From assembly GCA_951406725.2 (NCBI GenBank), contig OX597823.1, forward strand, positions 20,646,001 to 20,710,000: a stretch of DNA of 64,000 bases. The letters are read 5' to 3'. The position numbers and the translations under genes are program-made. The number at the start of each line of letters is the position of its first letter. Within the stretch, counting starts at the first letter, position 1. Of the stretch, positions 27,116-39,656 are shown one piece after another. The notes under the pieces were generated by a model. The model was given only the letters and a program-made list of their open reading frames with translations. It made no database searches and was not told where the DNA came from. The stretch is from Octopus vulgaris (lineage: Eukaryota).

Positions 27116-27630
27116 TTCTTAATAATAATCCATTCTACAGGAGTAGCTTTGAATTTCATGTCATGATTCATAATAAGGTTATCAAACAAATATTTGCTCA
27201 TATTTATGTTGTATCACATCTTCTTTACAGGACTTGCAATGCTTCTCTGTTATCATCCATTTATGTGACCGTTCGAATATCCTTGAGACAATTCAAACGA
27301 ACTGCCACATTATTTGCCCGTAAGATACTTATTCAGTTGTTACATACAGTTCTTGCGCAGCGAAAGATTATTCTTGAAAGTATAAAATAATATAACTTTA
27401 GATAATCCGATTAAAATTATTTCCTGATCTTTGTCAGATAATCTTTTGCTAACATAGATAGAATTCTGATTAAAATCCTGAGGTCCATTGCTTTTATTTA
27501 CAGATTTAACCTGACTTTTCTCTTTCTGTGACAGCCTCTACGTGTTTTCCTGATGTGCTAGAAATAGAAGCCATATTTCATAAACCACATATTGTCGTTT
27601 AATTATTGAATGACACATTAAACAATATAT

Positions 27631-27860
27631 ATTTCTTTACTACTCACAAGGGGCTAAACACAGAGGAGACAAACAAGGACAGACAAACGGATTAAGTCGA
27701 TTACATCGACCCCAGTGCGTAACTGGTGCTTAATTTATCGACCCCGAAAGGATGAAAGGCAGAGTCGACCTCGGCGGAATTTGAACTCAGGACGTAACGG
27801 CAGACGAAATACGGCTACGCATTTCGCCCGGCGTGCTAACGTTTCTGCCAGCTCGCCGCC
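27631..27860 (-). mobile_element. SINE family B
   Basis: Reverse-complement match. Confidence 0.8.
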
Positions 27861-28617
27861 TTCAATATAATCATTTATAAGACTGAATGCTTATGCCCGG
27901 AGTGTCTTTGACGACAGGTCAGTGATCAGGGCTGATTTAGGTGTTAAATATCCATACGTACAAACTATATATGTATATGTACATGTGTGTTTTTGTTTCG
28001 AATATATAATGTATTGAAGCGCATCACTTCTCCATTCAGCATCACCTGATTCTAGAAGAAAGGAATTAAACATGAGAAACTGATGGATATATGACCGTGG
28101 AAGAAAAGCCCCGTTCTCACTAGTTTCAAGCTTGTTCACCATATTTCCTTTATTGTCACAGCTACCAAGTAGAGGATGGTGTCGTCCTCACTTCTGTATC
28201 TCAAGAAGGCTTCACAGTGATTTTCTCAATGAACTCCATTAACAATCAGATTCGTCCGTCACACGATAACACCCTCCCAAGTCACTAAATAATTAAACTT
28301 GAAACCAGGAATGAGTTGGGTGTTTTCAGGCAGTGTCTCTTTGCGGAAGCGCGGAACCTGAGCTCATTCAATTCTTTATCAGATACCACCACCTTGGACA
28401 ATTTGAGTATATACTTACTATCTGAATTAAGATCTAATTCGGTGGGGAAATCATTAGAGATTTGTGAATAAACAAAAAGTTGAACCCTGTTCCGGTGGAT
28501 TTTATGTCTTCTGTACAATTACTTTATCAACAAATGAATGTCTGATAGGGTCTGCTTGAATTCGAGAAAAAGAAAAGCTTCCTTATCCTCGTCCGTGCTA
28601 TCATGAAATAAATTCAT

Positions 28618-28927
28618 CTTTTTTTGTTTGTTCCTTCTCGAGTCATGCCTAGCTCATAAGGGCCGGTTTCCCAGTTTCCTTGGCGTATAGGTTCCCCACC
28701 TGGATGGGACGCCAGTCCGTCGCAGGTGAGCTGCAAGATGCAGGAGGAAAGAGTGAGAGAAAGTTGTGGCGAAAGAATCAGCAGAAGTTCACCATTACCT
28801 TCTGCCGGAGCTGCGTGGAGCTTAGGTGTTTCGCTCATAAACACACACATCGCCCGGTCTGAGATTCGAACCTGCGATCCCTCGACCGTGAGTCCGCTGC
28901 TCTAACCACTAGGCCATGTGCCTCTAC
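28618..28927 (-). mobile_element. SINE family C variant
   Basis: A-box tggcctagtgg, B-box ggttcgaatc, A-rich tail, TSD aattcat (28611-28617 / 28928-28934). Confidence 0.8.
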
Positions 28928-29444
28928 AATTCATTTTTTATATCAAGTTCACTGGATATGAAGGAAAGATTTAAGGCCACGATGTAAATTCCCCTCTTTT
29001 TAGACAAACTCGCTCTAAATAACACATATCCCACCTATCATGCTATGTGACCTTAATTTATGTGGTGTTGGAGGTAACTAGGTAACTAAATTACACAATC
29101 TGTTTTATATAGCTGCAAGTGGTGTAACATGAAATTGCTTCCGGGTAATTATCCGGATTTTAACTTATGAACTATTTTTCAGGAGTTCAACATAAGCTAA
29201 CAAGGATTAATTTACAGAAAAACTACACAGAAAGAGGTTTCGTTTATAGGTTTTAGAGTAAATTTGGAACTTACATTTACAAGGACACCGTTTTCTTTGA
29301 CGCACTGTCTGTTCTAAAATTATCCGTTTCTACATGCCTCACTGACAAAAATTTCGTGTTGTTTAGCCTCTGTTTACTTACGCTAACGGAGGATTATAGG
29401 CTATTTTGAAGGAGACCAAAGCACAAACAATTCAATGATAAAAT

Positions 29445-29880
29445 CCGAGGAAGAGGGAAATGAAGGAGAGGAGGAGAATTAAGGACTTCCTGGAAAAGTT
29501 CGAGAAGGGGGAGATGGAAGGGAGGAGGGGGGATGGAAGGGTGGAGGGGGAGGAAAGTCTTCTTTGAAACGTCCGAGGAGGGAAGGAAGGACTTCCTGGA
29601 AAAATCCGAGGAGGGGGAGATGAATGGGAGCATGGGGCGGAAAGATTTCCTGGAAATGTTCACGGAGGGGGAGATGAAGGGAAGGTTCAGAAGGAGGTGG
29701 AGGAAGGACTTCCTGGGAAAGTCCGAGGAGAGGGAGCTGAAGGGGTGGAAGGGGATGAGGAGGAAAGATTTCCGGGAAAATTCCAAGGAGGAGTAGATGA
29801 AGGGGAGGGAATGGGGGAAGGGGCCGAAAAGGGGTACTTTCAGGAAAATTCCAAAGAAAGGGAGCTGAAGGAGAGGAAGG
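29445..29880. repeat. Degenerate purine-rich minisatellite (about 55-60-bp unit)
   Basis: aggaaggacttcctggaaaagtccgaggagggggagatgaaggg recurs about 7 times. Confidence 0.75.
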
Positions 29881-30092
29881 CCTACTATTTTATCGCTACT
29901 TTTATATAATCAACATTTTAATAAACTGGATAAAATATATTTCAGTATTTAGCCACAAATAACGATGAAAATTATTTAATGCTTGAAAATTGATATACAT
30001 ATTAATAAGGTACCCGAAGTTTATGAAATATAGCATATAGTCCATAACAAAGATGATTTACTTTGTCTATGCAAAAATTCTTGTCAATTTAA

Positions 30093-30708
30093 GGCGGCGA
30101 GCTGGCAGAATCGTTAGCATACCGGGTAAAATGTGTAGCGGCGTTCGTCTGTCTTTATGTTCGCAGTTCAAATTCCTCCGAGGCCGATTTTGCATTTCAT
30201 CCTTTCAGTATCGATAAAATGTGGAGGCGCAATGGCCCAGTGGTTAGGGCAGCGGACTCGCGGTCATAGGATCGCGGTTTCGATTCCCAGACCGGGCGTT
30301 GTGAGTGTTTGCTGAGCGAAAACACCTAAAGCTCCACGAGGCTCCGGCAGGGGATGGTGGTGATCCCTGCTGTACTCTTTCACCACAACTTTCTCTCACT
30401 CTTACTTCCTGTTTCTGTTGTACCTGTATTTCAAAGGGCCGGCCTTGTCACTCTCTGTGTAACGCTGAATATCCCCGAGAACTACGTTAAGGGTGCACGT
30501 GTCTGTGGAGTGCTCAGCCACTTACACGTTAATTTCACGAGCAGGCTGTTCTGTTGATTCGGATCAACCGGAACCCTCATCGTCGTAACCGACGGAGTGC
30601 TTCCATCCATCGATAAAATATGTACGAGTTAAACACTGGGGTCGATCTAATCAACTTAGCCCCACCGCCTCGAACTTGCTGGCCTTGTACCAACCAAAAT
30701 TTGAAATC
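30093..30708 (+). mobile_element. SINE family B interrupted by a family C SINE
   Basis: Pieces 30093-30220 and 30609-30708. Confidence 0.75.
30221..30608 (+). mobile_element. SINE family C
   Basis: Full-length copy with 11-bp TSD atcgataaaat (30210-30220 / 30609-30619). Confidence 0.85.
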
Positions 30709-30961
30709 AATAGAGTTACCGACAGTCATGGCGGCAAGCAGTGAGGATCCTGAGGCCAGCTAAGAAAAGGCTTTGGGGTATTTTTCCAGCGTTTTAAGCT
30801 CTGACTGCATATCCCGTCGAGGTCAACATTGCTTTCCATCTTTTCTGGTCGTTAAAATAAGTACCAGTCAAGTGCTGTAGTTTATGTAATCGACATTGAT
30901 CCACCGCGTCCCCGTCTCTTTAAATTTCTGGCCTTGTGCCAAAATTTGAAGAAATTATATA

Positions 30962-31191
30962 TTTTTTTATTGCCTACAAGGTGCTAAACATAGAGGTGGC
31001 AAACAAGGACAGACAAAGGGATTAAGTCGATGACATCGATCCCAGTGCGCAACTGGTACTTAATTTAATCGACCCCGAAAGAATGAAAGGCAAAGTCGAC
31101 CTCGGAGGAATTTGAACTCAGAACGTAGCGGCAGACGAAATACTGCTAAGCATTTCACCCGGCGTGCTAACGTTTCTGTCAGCTCACCGCC
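30962..31191 (-). mobile_element. SINE family B
   Basis: Reverse-complement match. Confidence 0.8.
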
Positions 31192-32039
31192 TTTTTTGAA
31201 GAAATTATAGTTACTACTAGTCACCTGTTTATTAACAACGAATACGAAAATAACTGGCATAATTTACTGCGTATGCAGAAATTACAGAGAATCTTTAGTT
31301 GTTCTGCAAATTTCCAAGGCCCCAAAATTATGAGATAAAATTTTACAAGTTGGTTCAGTTTGAGATTCATTAAAATGCAATAAAATTTAAAAAATGAAAT
31401 AGACAAATATCAAACCTAAAATACTTGTTTGTTACATGGTGAGAGAGAGAGAGAGGGGGGGAGAAAAAAGAGAGTGAGAGAGAGAAAGTATGTGTGTGGA
31501 TAGGAGAATTTATGTACTAGAGGGGAGAGAAGTCTTAATAAATATTTATTTTACAATTTTTGTCTATTGTTCTCAAGAAACGGTTACTTTTTGAAAATTT
31601 TGTTGTAATTTACATAATTACACTGAGTTAATTGCTTTGCTAATCAGCAATTTTTCGAATGTCATTTAGGTTATGCAGTATTATTGCATTTCTCTGTCAG
31701 GAGCAAAACGAACAAATGTAAGAACGGGTTATATCGTATATGACCTTCATGTCATCTTGAAAATGTATGTCCCAATGTAAAATCGCAATCGCAGCTCGTA
31801 ATGCAGCAAACTGCGGGCTACAACTGTGTGTGTGTGTGTGTGTGTATTTTTAGGTAGATAGATATAGATATAGATAGATAGATGGATAGATAGATCAAAA
31901 TAACTAGAGAGAATGATAATTGATAGATACGATAGAGTCTCATATAAAGGGAAATCAAACGAAAATTACGAGATGAAGATAGAATACACACACAAACACA
32001 CGAACACACACACACACACATATATATAGACACATGTAT

Positions 32040-32080
32040 AGTGTACATATGTGTATATATATCTGATATATAAGTATATA

Positions 32081-32158
<78 letters not shown>

Positions 32159-32253
32159 ATATATACATGTATATATATATACATGTATATATATATACAA
32201 TTATATATATATATATACTCATATATATGTGTATATATATGTATACATACATG

Positions 32254-32305
<52 letters not shown>

Positions 32306-32408
32306 GCATTTCCAAGAGGAAATGCATGTATGTATGTTTGTATATATATACACATACACATACATGCACACATACATACATGCATACATACATACATACA
32401 TACATACA

Positions 32409-32439
<31 letters not shown>

Positions 32440-32460
32440 TTATTTATTTATTTATTTATT
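32040..32460. repeat. Compound (TA)n/(TACA)n/(TTTA)n microsatellite; similar tracts at 2889-3060, 3379-3480, 4126-4272, 4597-4730, 16915-17062, 17626-17828, 21319-21400, 23815-24280, 46130-46360
   Basis: Directly visible. Confidence 0.9.
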
Positions 32461-32842
32461 CATGAAGAACGGTTTCCTAGACCTGCCATGAATGATTAGC
32501 TGTATACCTGAAAGTAACAAAGAATAACAGAGAAATATAAATTAGATAAATAGTAACAATACTATCGAAAAAGAAAAAAAAAAAACTGCTGCTAAATAAA
32601 TACTGAAAAATAAATATGAAAGTAAAAAAAAAATATATATATTAGGAAGAACGTTCCAAGAGGAAATTGATTCTGAGAGCATGTTTAAGCTAAACATGAA
32701 TATTGTATTGCTGAAAACCTAAAACGAGACACTGGAATTAACTTCTATGTTTTGGAAGAATGAACGAAAAGAAAACCCCCCAGATAAATTGGAAATAACC
32801 AGAAGAGTGAAAATTATCATGTAAACAAAATATTATTATAGA

Positions 32843-33355
32843 CTAGCAGTATCGCCCGGCGTTGCTCGGGTTTGTAAGGGAAATAACTATATAAGCATTT
32901 TTAGTGAGTTACTTCCCTTATAGATGCCAATTCGGGCTTTCTTAGCCATTTCTGTTTTGGTGTCTTCAAGCCATGAAGTCGTTGTTCGAAAAGAACGCTG
33001 GTCTCCTCGACAACGCATTACGACGTTGATTTCTTTACACTCCCTTCCCCACAGCTTCACGAAGGAGGGAAGGGGAGAAGCAAACACAGCTGCAGGTGTT
33101 TGAGCGTGGACGCCAACTCCGCCGCCATCGACACACGAAAAATTATGCATTAAAATGGAATAAAAAATGATGTTAAATTATTTTTAAAATCGTAGACTCA
33201 TCGTTGACGCGCGCTAATAGCCAGACGGGCTCGATATGAATCACGACTATAAGATACCCGAATTTGGTTAAACTGCACCGCAAAATGTGGGAGGAGTTAG
33301 GAATCTAAATCGAAGGGGACAGACACTCACACAACTAGAGTTTTATATATATAGA
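32843..33355 (-). mobile_element. Non-autonomous Helitron (513 bp), same termini with a different internal segment
   Basis: Reverse complement starts TCtatatatataaaac and ends cccgagcaacgccgggcgatactgCTAG. Both ends match the 395-bp copies. Confidence 0.8.
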
Positions 33356-33367
33356 TAATACTACTAT

Positions 33368-33449
<82 letters not shown>

Positions 33450-33869
33450 GCTGCTGCAACTACTACTAGTATATGTTTCTCAAAGAGGCACAAGCCCTGA
33501 CATTTCGGTGGGTGGAAAATTGTCGATTATATAGTTTCGACTATAGGTACAAGGGCTGAAATTTAGTCGAAGGGGCTGGTCGATAACATTGACCCTAGTA
33601 CGCGACTGGTACTCGTATTTATCCATCTTGAAAAGGTTCAAAGAAACGGACGAAATACCGCTCAGTCTTTAGTCGGGCATGGTAACAATATTGCGAACTT
33701 AGCGCCTTTGAACTGCTGGTTATATCGACTCCAGTATTTGACGCATACTGTTTTATCGTCTGCCGAGAGATGAAAATGGCTACTCAGCGTCTGAGGGATT
33801 TGAACTCAGAACCTATAGAGCCGGCATAAACATCGCAAAGCATTTTCCCGATAGTCAAACATTTCAGGT

Positions 33870-34374
33870 CAGTAATTGCTTGTGCAGAACAACCCGCTGT
33901 GCTTGAGGAGACCTACTGAGTCAAGTACATGAACATCGAAATAAATGTCAATGGAAATAGTAGTGGTGATACCTGTGCCGGTGGCACATAAAAAAGCACC
34001 ATCCGAACGTGGCCGATGCCAGCGCCGCCATGGCTTGCTTCTGTGCCGGTGGCACGTAAAAAGCACCATCCGAACGTGGCCGATGCCAGCGCCGCCTTGA
34101 CTAGCTTCTGTGCCGTTGGCACGTTAAAAGCACCAGCCGATCGTGGCCGCTACCAGACTCCCCTGGCACCTGTGCCGGTGGCACGTAAAAATCACCCACT
34201 ACACTCACGGAGTGGTTGGCGTTAGGAAGGGCATCCAGCTGTAGAAACACTGCCAGATCAGACTGGAGCCTGGTGCAGCCTCCTGGCTTCTCAGTAGCCG
34301 GTCGAACCGTCCAACTCGTGCTAGCACGGAAAACAGACGTTAAACGATGATGATGATGATGATGATGATGATGA
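33870..34374 (+). mobile_element. RTE-related SINE-like element with internal 62-68-bp tandem repeats and (GAT)n tail
   Basis: tgtgccggtggcacgtaaaaagcacc recurs at 33974, 34042, 34109 and 34171; ggcgttaggaagggcatccagctgtag block; tail gacgttaaac(gat)n. Confidence 0.65.
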
Positions 34375-34855
34375 TAGTCACATAACCTGAAATATGGGAG
34401 GAAAGATTAATCGATCCAGCAAATGACCGGCATTTCCTGGCTTCGACCTTGATGAGGTAAAAGACAAGATTTTGATCTTGGAACGTAAAAATCTTACTGT
34501 AAAATCAAAATCTTACTGTAAAATCTGCCGTTTTGAATGATGATCCATTTATAATGGAGAAAGTAGCAATTAAGATATTTTTATATTTCTATGTCGCCAT
34601 AATTACTGGATTTTCATGTTCACACTAGAATGAATATAATAAAAATATTAATAACTCAAATTTGAATACCTCTTCATAAAAACATATTTTTTGTCACGTA
34701 TTCGGAATACTTGAACGTATATTTCATCTGTTTACAGTCAAATCGAATAATGAGCGTTAATTACTATAAAATCTACTTCCTGTTTCCATATTTGAATCTG
34801 TTCACTTGTATTGAATTTCCGGTTTCTCACCACGTAGGATTGTTTTATGTTTGAG

Positions 34856-35236
34856 TTACTCTTTTACTTGTTTCAGTCATGTGACTATGGCTATGCTGGA
34901 GCACCGCCTTTAGTCGATCAAATCGACTCCAGGACTTATTCTTTGTAAGCCTAGTACTTATTTTATCTGTCTCTTTTTTGCTGAATCGCTAAGTTACGGG
35001 GACGTAAACACACCAGCATCGGTTGTCAAGCGACGTTGGGCGGACAAACACAGACACACAAACACGCACATACACATATATACATATATACGACGGGCTT
35101 CTTTCAGTTTCCGTCTACCAAATCCACTCACAAGGCTATAGTAGAAGACACTTACCCAAGGTGCCACGCAGTGGGACTGAACTCGGAACCATGTGGTTCG
35201 TAAGCAAGCTACTTACCACACAGCCACTCCTACGCC
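34856..35236 (-). mobile_element. SINE family A
   Basis: Reverse-complement copy with a small internal deletion. Confidence 0.8.
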
Positions 35237-35722
35237 TATAGTTGTTCAATTATTTCTGTTGTATTTATTCATATGGCAGAAGTAAAAGCACCCATATTTA
35301 TATTGCTGGCAGAGGAGAATAATCTGCTATGAGTATCGGAACCGCTATTTCACTTGATTTAGACGTGTTTTTATGCTTCTATGCACCGGGCATCCAAATG
35401 GGGATCCTCTCAGAGGGAATAACGCAGTATTCAACGCTCTAACACTATACGTTAAGTTGGATATAAATATGGCATTTTGATAATAATGCTGCTTCCGTTG
35501 CATATATTTATCAGACGGTATATATGACAGTTTTGTTTTGAAGTTGGGGACTGCTGGGTGTTCAGGGCATCACTGTCTGAACAGGCATTGGAATTTCATA
35601 TATCGTTGGCACTCAGATTTGTCTGAATCCGCCTACCAGACGTCTGCCACTGAAGAGATGGAATATCGAAAATCCGTGATCTGGCATTTCTGGCGCCAGT
35701 AGCTGTTGATTCTCGTCTACCA

Positions 35723-35780
<58 letters not shown>

Positions 35781-35951
35781 AATATGCGTGTGTGTGTGTG
35801 TGCGTGCCTTTATGCACCATTCGTCAGTATGAGAACTCCTCTCAAGAGAAACTTAGTATCGGTGCTCTAACAATACATCCACGTGAAGTTGGATATAAAG
35901 ACTGTCTTTTATGCATATGTATGTACATATATTATTTGTATGATGTATACA

Positions 35952-36094
35952 TGTGGTAAGACGCTTATTTCCCAACCACATGGTTACAGGTTCAGTCCCA
36001 CTGCGTGTCACCATGGGCAAGTGTCTTCTGCTATAGCCTGGGCCGACCAAAGCTTTGTGAGTGGATTTGGTAGAGGGAAACTGAAAGAATCCCG

Positions 36095-36156
<62 letters not shown>

Positions 36157-36315
36157 GTGTGTGTGTTTGTCCTCCACCTGCGCTTTACGTCCCCGTCCCT
36201 TAGTGGTTAGTCAAAAGAGACCGATAGAATCGATTTGTTCGACAAAAAGGTTGTGCTCCAGTATGGCCGCAGTCAAATGACTGAAGCAAGTAAAGAATAA
36301 AAGAATTAAAAGAAT
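35952..36315 (+). mobile_element. SINE family A (diverged)
   Basis: Head, central (TA)n and tail are recognisable. Confidence 0.75.
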
Positions 36316-37093
36316 ATATATGTATACATCATTCAACTACGGTAGTAGTTGAATAATATTCTTAAGGCCGCAATTTACTCACACGCAGTACCTTCCAAGG
36401 CTTGTCGCTAATTCAGTTCTTCACCAAATTGAAAGCTGTTAACATTTTTGAAGAGAACTGGTTGCAAGCTACATTTTGATATTTAAAAAATTGAGATTTG
36501 ATCCAGTAGAAAAAGTTTACATCAAAATTTGTAGCAACGTTATAGGAAAGTAAGTAACGCCTCCAATCAAGTTTAGATCTAAATAATATTTTTTTATTCT
36601 TAAAGCAAAATATCTTTATCTTAGCTTCAATGATAGAAGAAAGCATGAAGAATTTCGTAGCTTTCGTCTTATGCAACAAAATTTTGTATCAAAAACGTTG
36701 TAACGTAAAATATCGTGAAAATTTATAAGGCAAAAATTTGGATGTAAGTATAATTAACTTTTATTACTTTAAAAACAAAACATATTGTAATAAAGCTTAA
36801 TTGATAGAGCTCAATTCGAGGAATTTAATGGTATCAATCTCATGCAATAAAGTTTTATAAGAAAGAAGTTATGAGTATTTGTTTCTCAAATTTCTATACT
36901 TTATTATGAATATAGTTCTATAAGTTCTTTATGAATATAGTTCTATAGTTCTATATAGTTTTATAAAGGGACATTTATCATATGTCACCGGTGTCATTTA
37001 GAAAAGGAAAGAATTATCAAGGAGACCGCTAACTGACACATTTGGCACAATATTAATTAGCATAATAGCATAGCCTGGAAAAACACGGATTAC

Positions 37094-38347
37094 ATGGAAA
37101 AACGCGAGCAAGAGAAATAATATTCTTAAGATTATAAACCTGGAAAATTACATGACAAGTTATTACATTTGGAAAAGTTCAGGACGATTTATTACATCTG
37201 GTAAAGAACAGAACAAGAAAATTCTTACATAAGATATTGCAGCTAAAGATAAAATTGGAATATTAAAAAAATTTTTATTTCAATTTACAAAGTAACATTA
37301 TAATAAAATGGTACCATCCTTTTGTTAAAATATTGACACACTAGAATACTTAAAAATGAGAGCCAGAAATGCCAATATAGCTAAAGTTTTATGCAAAGTA
37401 GAATAGTATATATGGTAGGCAAATTTATTATCTAAAAAATAGGCATTGGGTCAAGACTAAAAATGTGAGGACTTGGCAAGAACTCAAGCAAATTTTACTG
37501 TGGGTTTGTTGTTACAGGTAGATTTTACTGTAATATATAACTAATTTTTGTATTATTCTATTTTTTGTACTAATTATGTACTATAGGCGCAGGAGTGGCT
37601 GTGTGGTAAGTAGCTTGTTTACCAACCACATGGTTCCGGATTCAGTCCCACTGCGCGGCATCTTGGGCAAGTGTCTTCTACTACAGCCTCGGGCCAACCA
37701 AAGCCTTGTGAGTGGATTTGGTAGACGGAAACTGAAAGAAGCCCGTCGTATATATGCTGGTGTGTTTGTGTGTGTGTGTTTGTCCCCCTAGCATTGCTTG
37801 ACAACCGATGCTGGTGTGTTTATGTCCCCGTTACTTAGCGGTTCGGCAAAAGAGAACGATAGAATAAGTACTGGGCTTACAAAAGAATAAGTCCCGAAGT
37901 CGAGTTGCTCGATTAAAGGCGGTGCTCCAGCATGGCCGCAGTCAAATGACTGAAACAAGTAAAAGAGTAAAAGAGTATTATTATTTTAATAACCGATTTT
38001 CAAATTTCTAATTGTTAAAGTAATAATTAATCAAATGAACATTTTTAAAGTGCAAAAATTTTTCAATTGCGTTATTTAAAATTTTTAATAGAAGTAAAAA
38101 TAATAACAAACATATAATAACATGTAATAAAATTTTTAATTTTAATAAAAGCTAATATTTTCTAAATCTAAATATTTTATTTGAAATTTTGTCTTTAGCT
38201 GTAATATTTTAGGTAAAAATGTTCTTGTTCTGTACTTTACCAGATGTAATAAGTTGTCCTACACTTTTCCAAATGTAATAATTTGTCCTGTATTTTTCCA
38301 GTTTTATAATCTTAAGAATATTATTTCCCTTGCACAATTTTTTCCAT
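37094..38347. mobile_element. Foldback/MITE-like element with about 190-bp diverged terminal inverted repeats, interrupted by a SINE
   Basis: 37094-37280 (gaaataatattcttaagattataaa...ttattacatttggaaaag...ttattacatctggtaaag) is the reverse complement of about 38165-38347. Confidence 0.65.
37586..37976 (+). mobile_element. SINE family A, nested in the foldback element
   Basis: Full-length match. Confidence 0.85.
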
Positions 38348-39460
38348 TATATATATATATATATAACACATACACACACATATACATATACATACATACA
38401 TATATATATATAAAATGTTAGAAAAAGAAACACATTTTATCAATTCAAAATGAATAATTAAATTACACCATCTAGAAAATTACATTTAATAGAAAAGTTA
38501 AAATTAAAATAACAATTAAAAAGTAAAGATTAAGTAAATTACAAAAATAATATAATGTATATAATAGGTAGAAAAATTATATTTATACACGCATAAGCAC
38601 ACACACACGCAAAGTTTACAAAATAGCACCTTCAATAGGCCCATATACTTCTATATTCATGAAAATCTGAGATTGTATATATATATTGAACAAACTAGTA
38701 GAAAACTGCCCAATGCGCCGTGTTCTGCTGATACTGAGGACGTTTCTAATATAGCGACAATGAAACAAGCATTGCTACGTATTCCCATAATGACATGCTT
38801 ACATGCACATACAGTAATATGCAGATAGACAAATGTGCCATAGATATACGCACACACATGGGCACATATAAATACGCATATACACTGCCGCTTGCATATA
38901 TACAGCAAGTGAGCTGTATATATGTTCTGTATGATATAAACACTCTCTTAAATGATAGCAAACATTTGATAGACACATAGTGATATAAACAGAGTTGTAT
39001 ATATACACACTTAGTTATACGCCCACATGGAGACATACTCATAAAATACTATACAAGTCTTCTGAGATACATACAGCTCTTCAAGTGAGGCTAAACTTTC
39101 GAGAAAAGGAAAAATGCTGACATAATATTTTGCTTCAACAACCTGTATGGCTTCTTTTATCATAATCAATTACTACGTCATATAAAATTGAACAGCACCA
39201 AGTTGTGGGTCAATAACTAGAAATATCTCTTTTTATCTCTTTTATCTCTCTTTTACTGGTTTCAGTCATTTGACTGCGGCCATGCTGGAGCACCGCCTTC
39301 TAATCGGGCAACTCGACCCCCGGGACTTATTCTTTTTGTAAGCCCAGTACTTATTCTATCGGTCTCTTTTGCCGAACCGCTCGCTAAGTAACGGGGACAT
39401 AAACACACCAGCATCGGTTGTCAAGCAATGCTAGGGGGACAAACACAGACACACAAACAA

Positions 39461-39507
<47 letters not shown>

Positions 39508-39656
39508 CATATATACGACAGGCTTCTTTCAGTTTCCGTCTACCAAATCCACTCACAAGGCATTGGTCGGCCCGGGGCTATAGCAGAAGACACTTGCCCA
39601 AGATGCTACGCAGTGGGACTGAACCCTGAACCATGTGGTTGGTTAGCAAGCTACTT

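Noticed and set aside
30221-30300. tRNA genes at A/B-box-containing heads (also 947, 28850, 56320)
   Set aside because: They continue into SINE bodies with tails and TSDs and do not form complete cloverleaves.
36380-36679. 88-aa minus-strand ORF vaguely like a hAT dimerisation domain
   Set aside because: Key motif residues are absent; cannot be supported without a profile search.
38728-38785. CUGAGGA...GAAA hammerhead-like spacing
   Set aside because: Stem II does not abut GAAA and stems I/III are out of register; likely chance.
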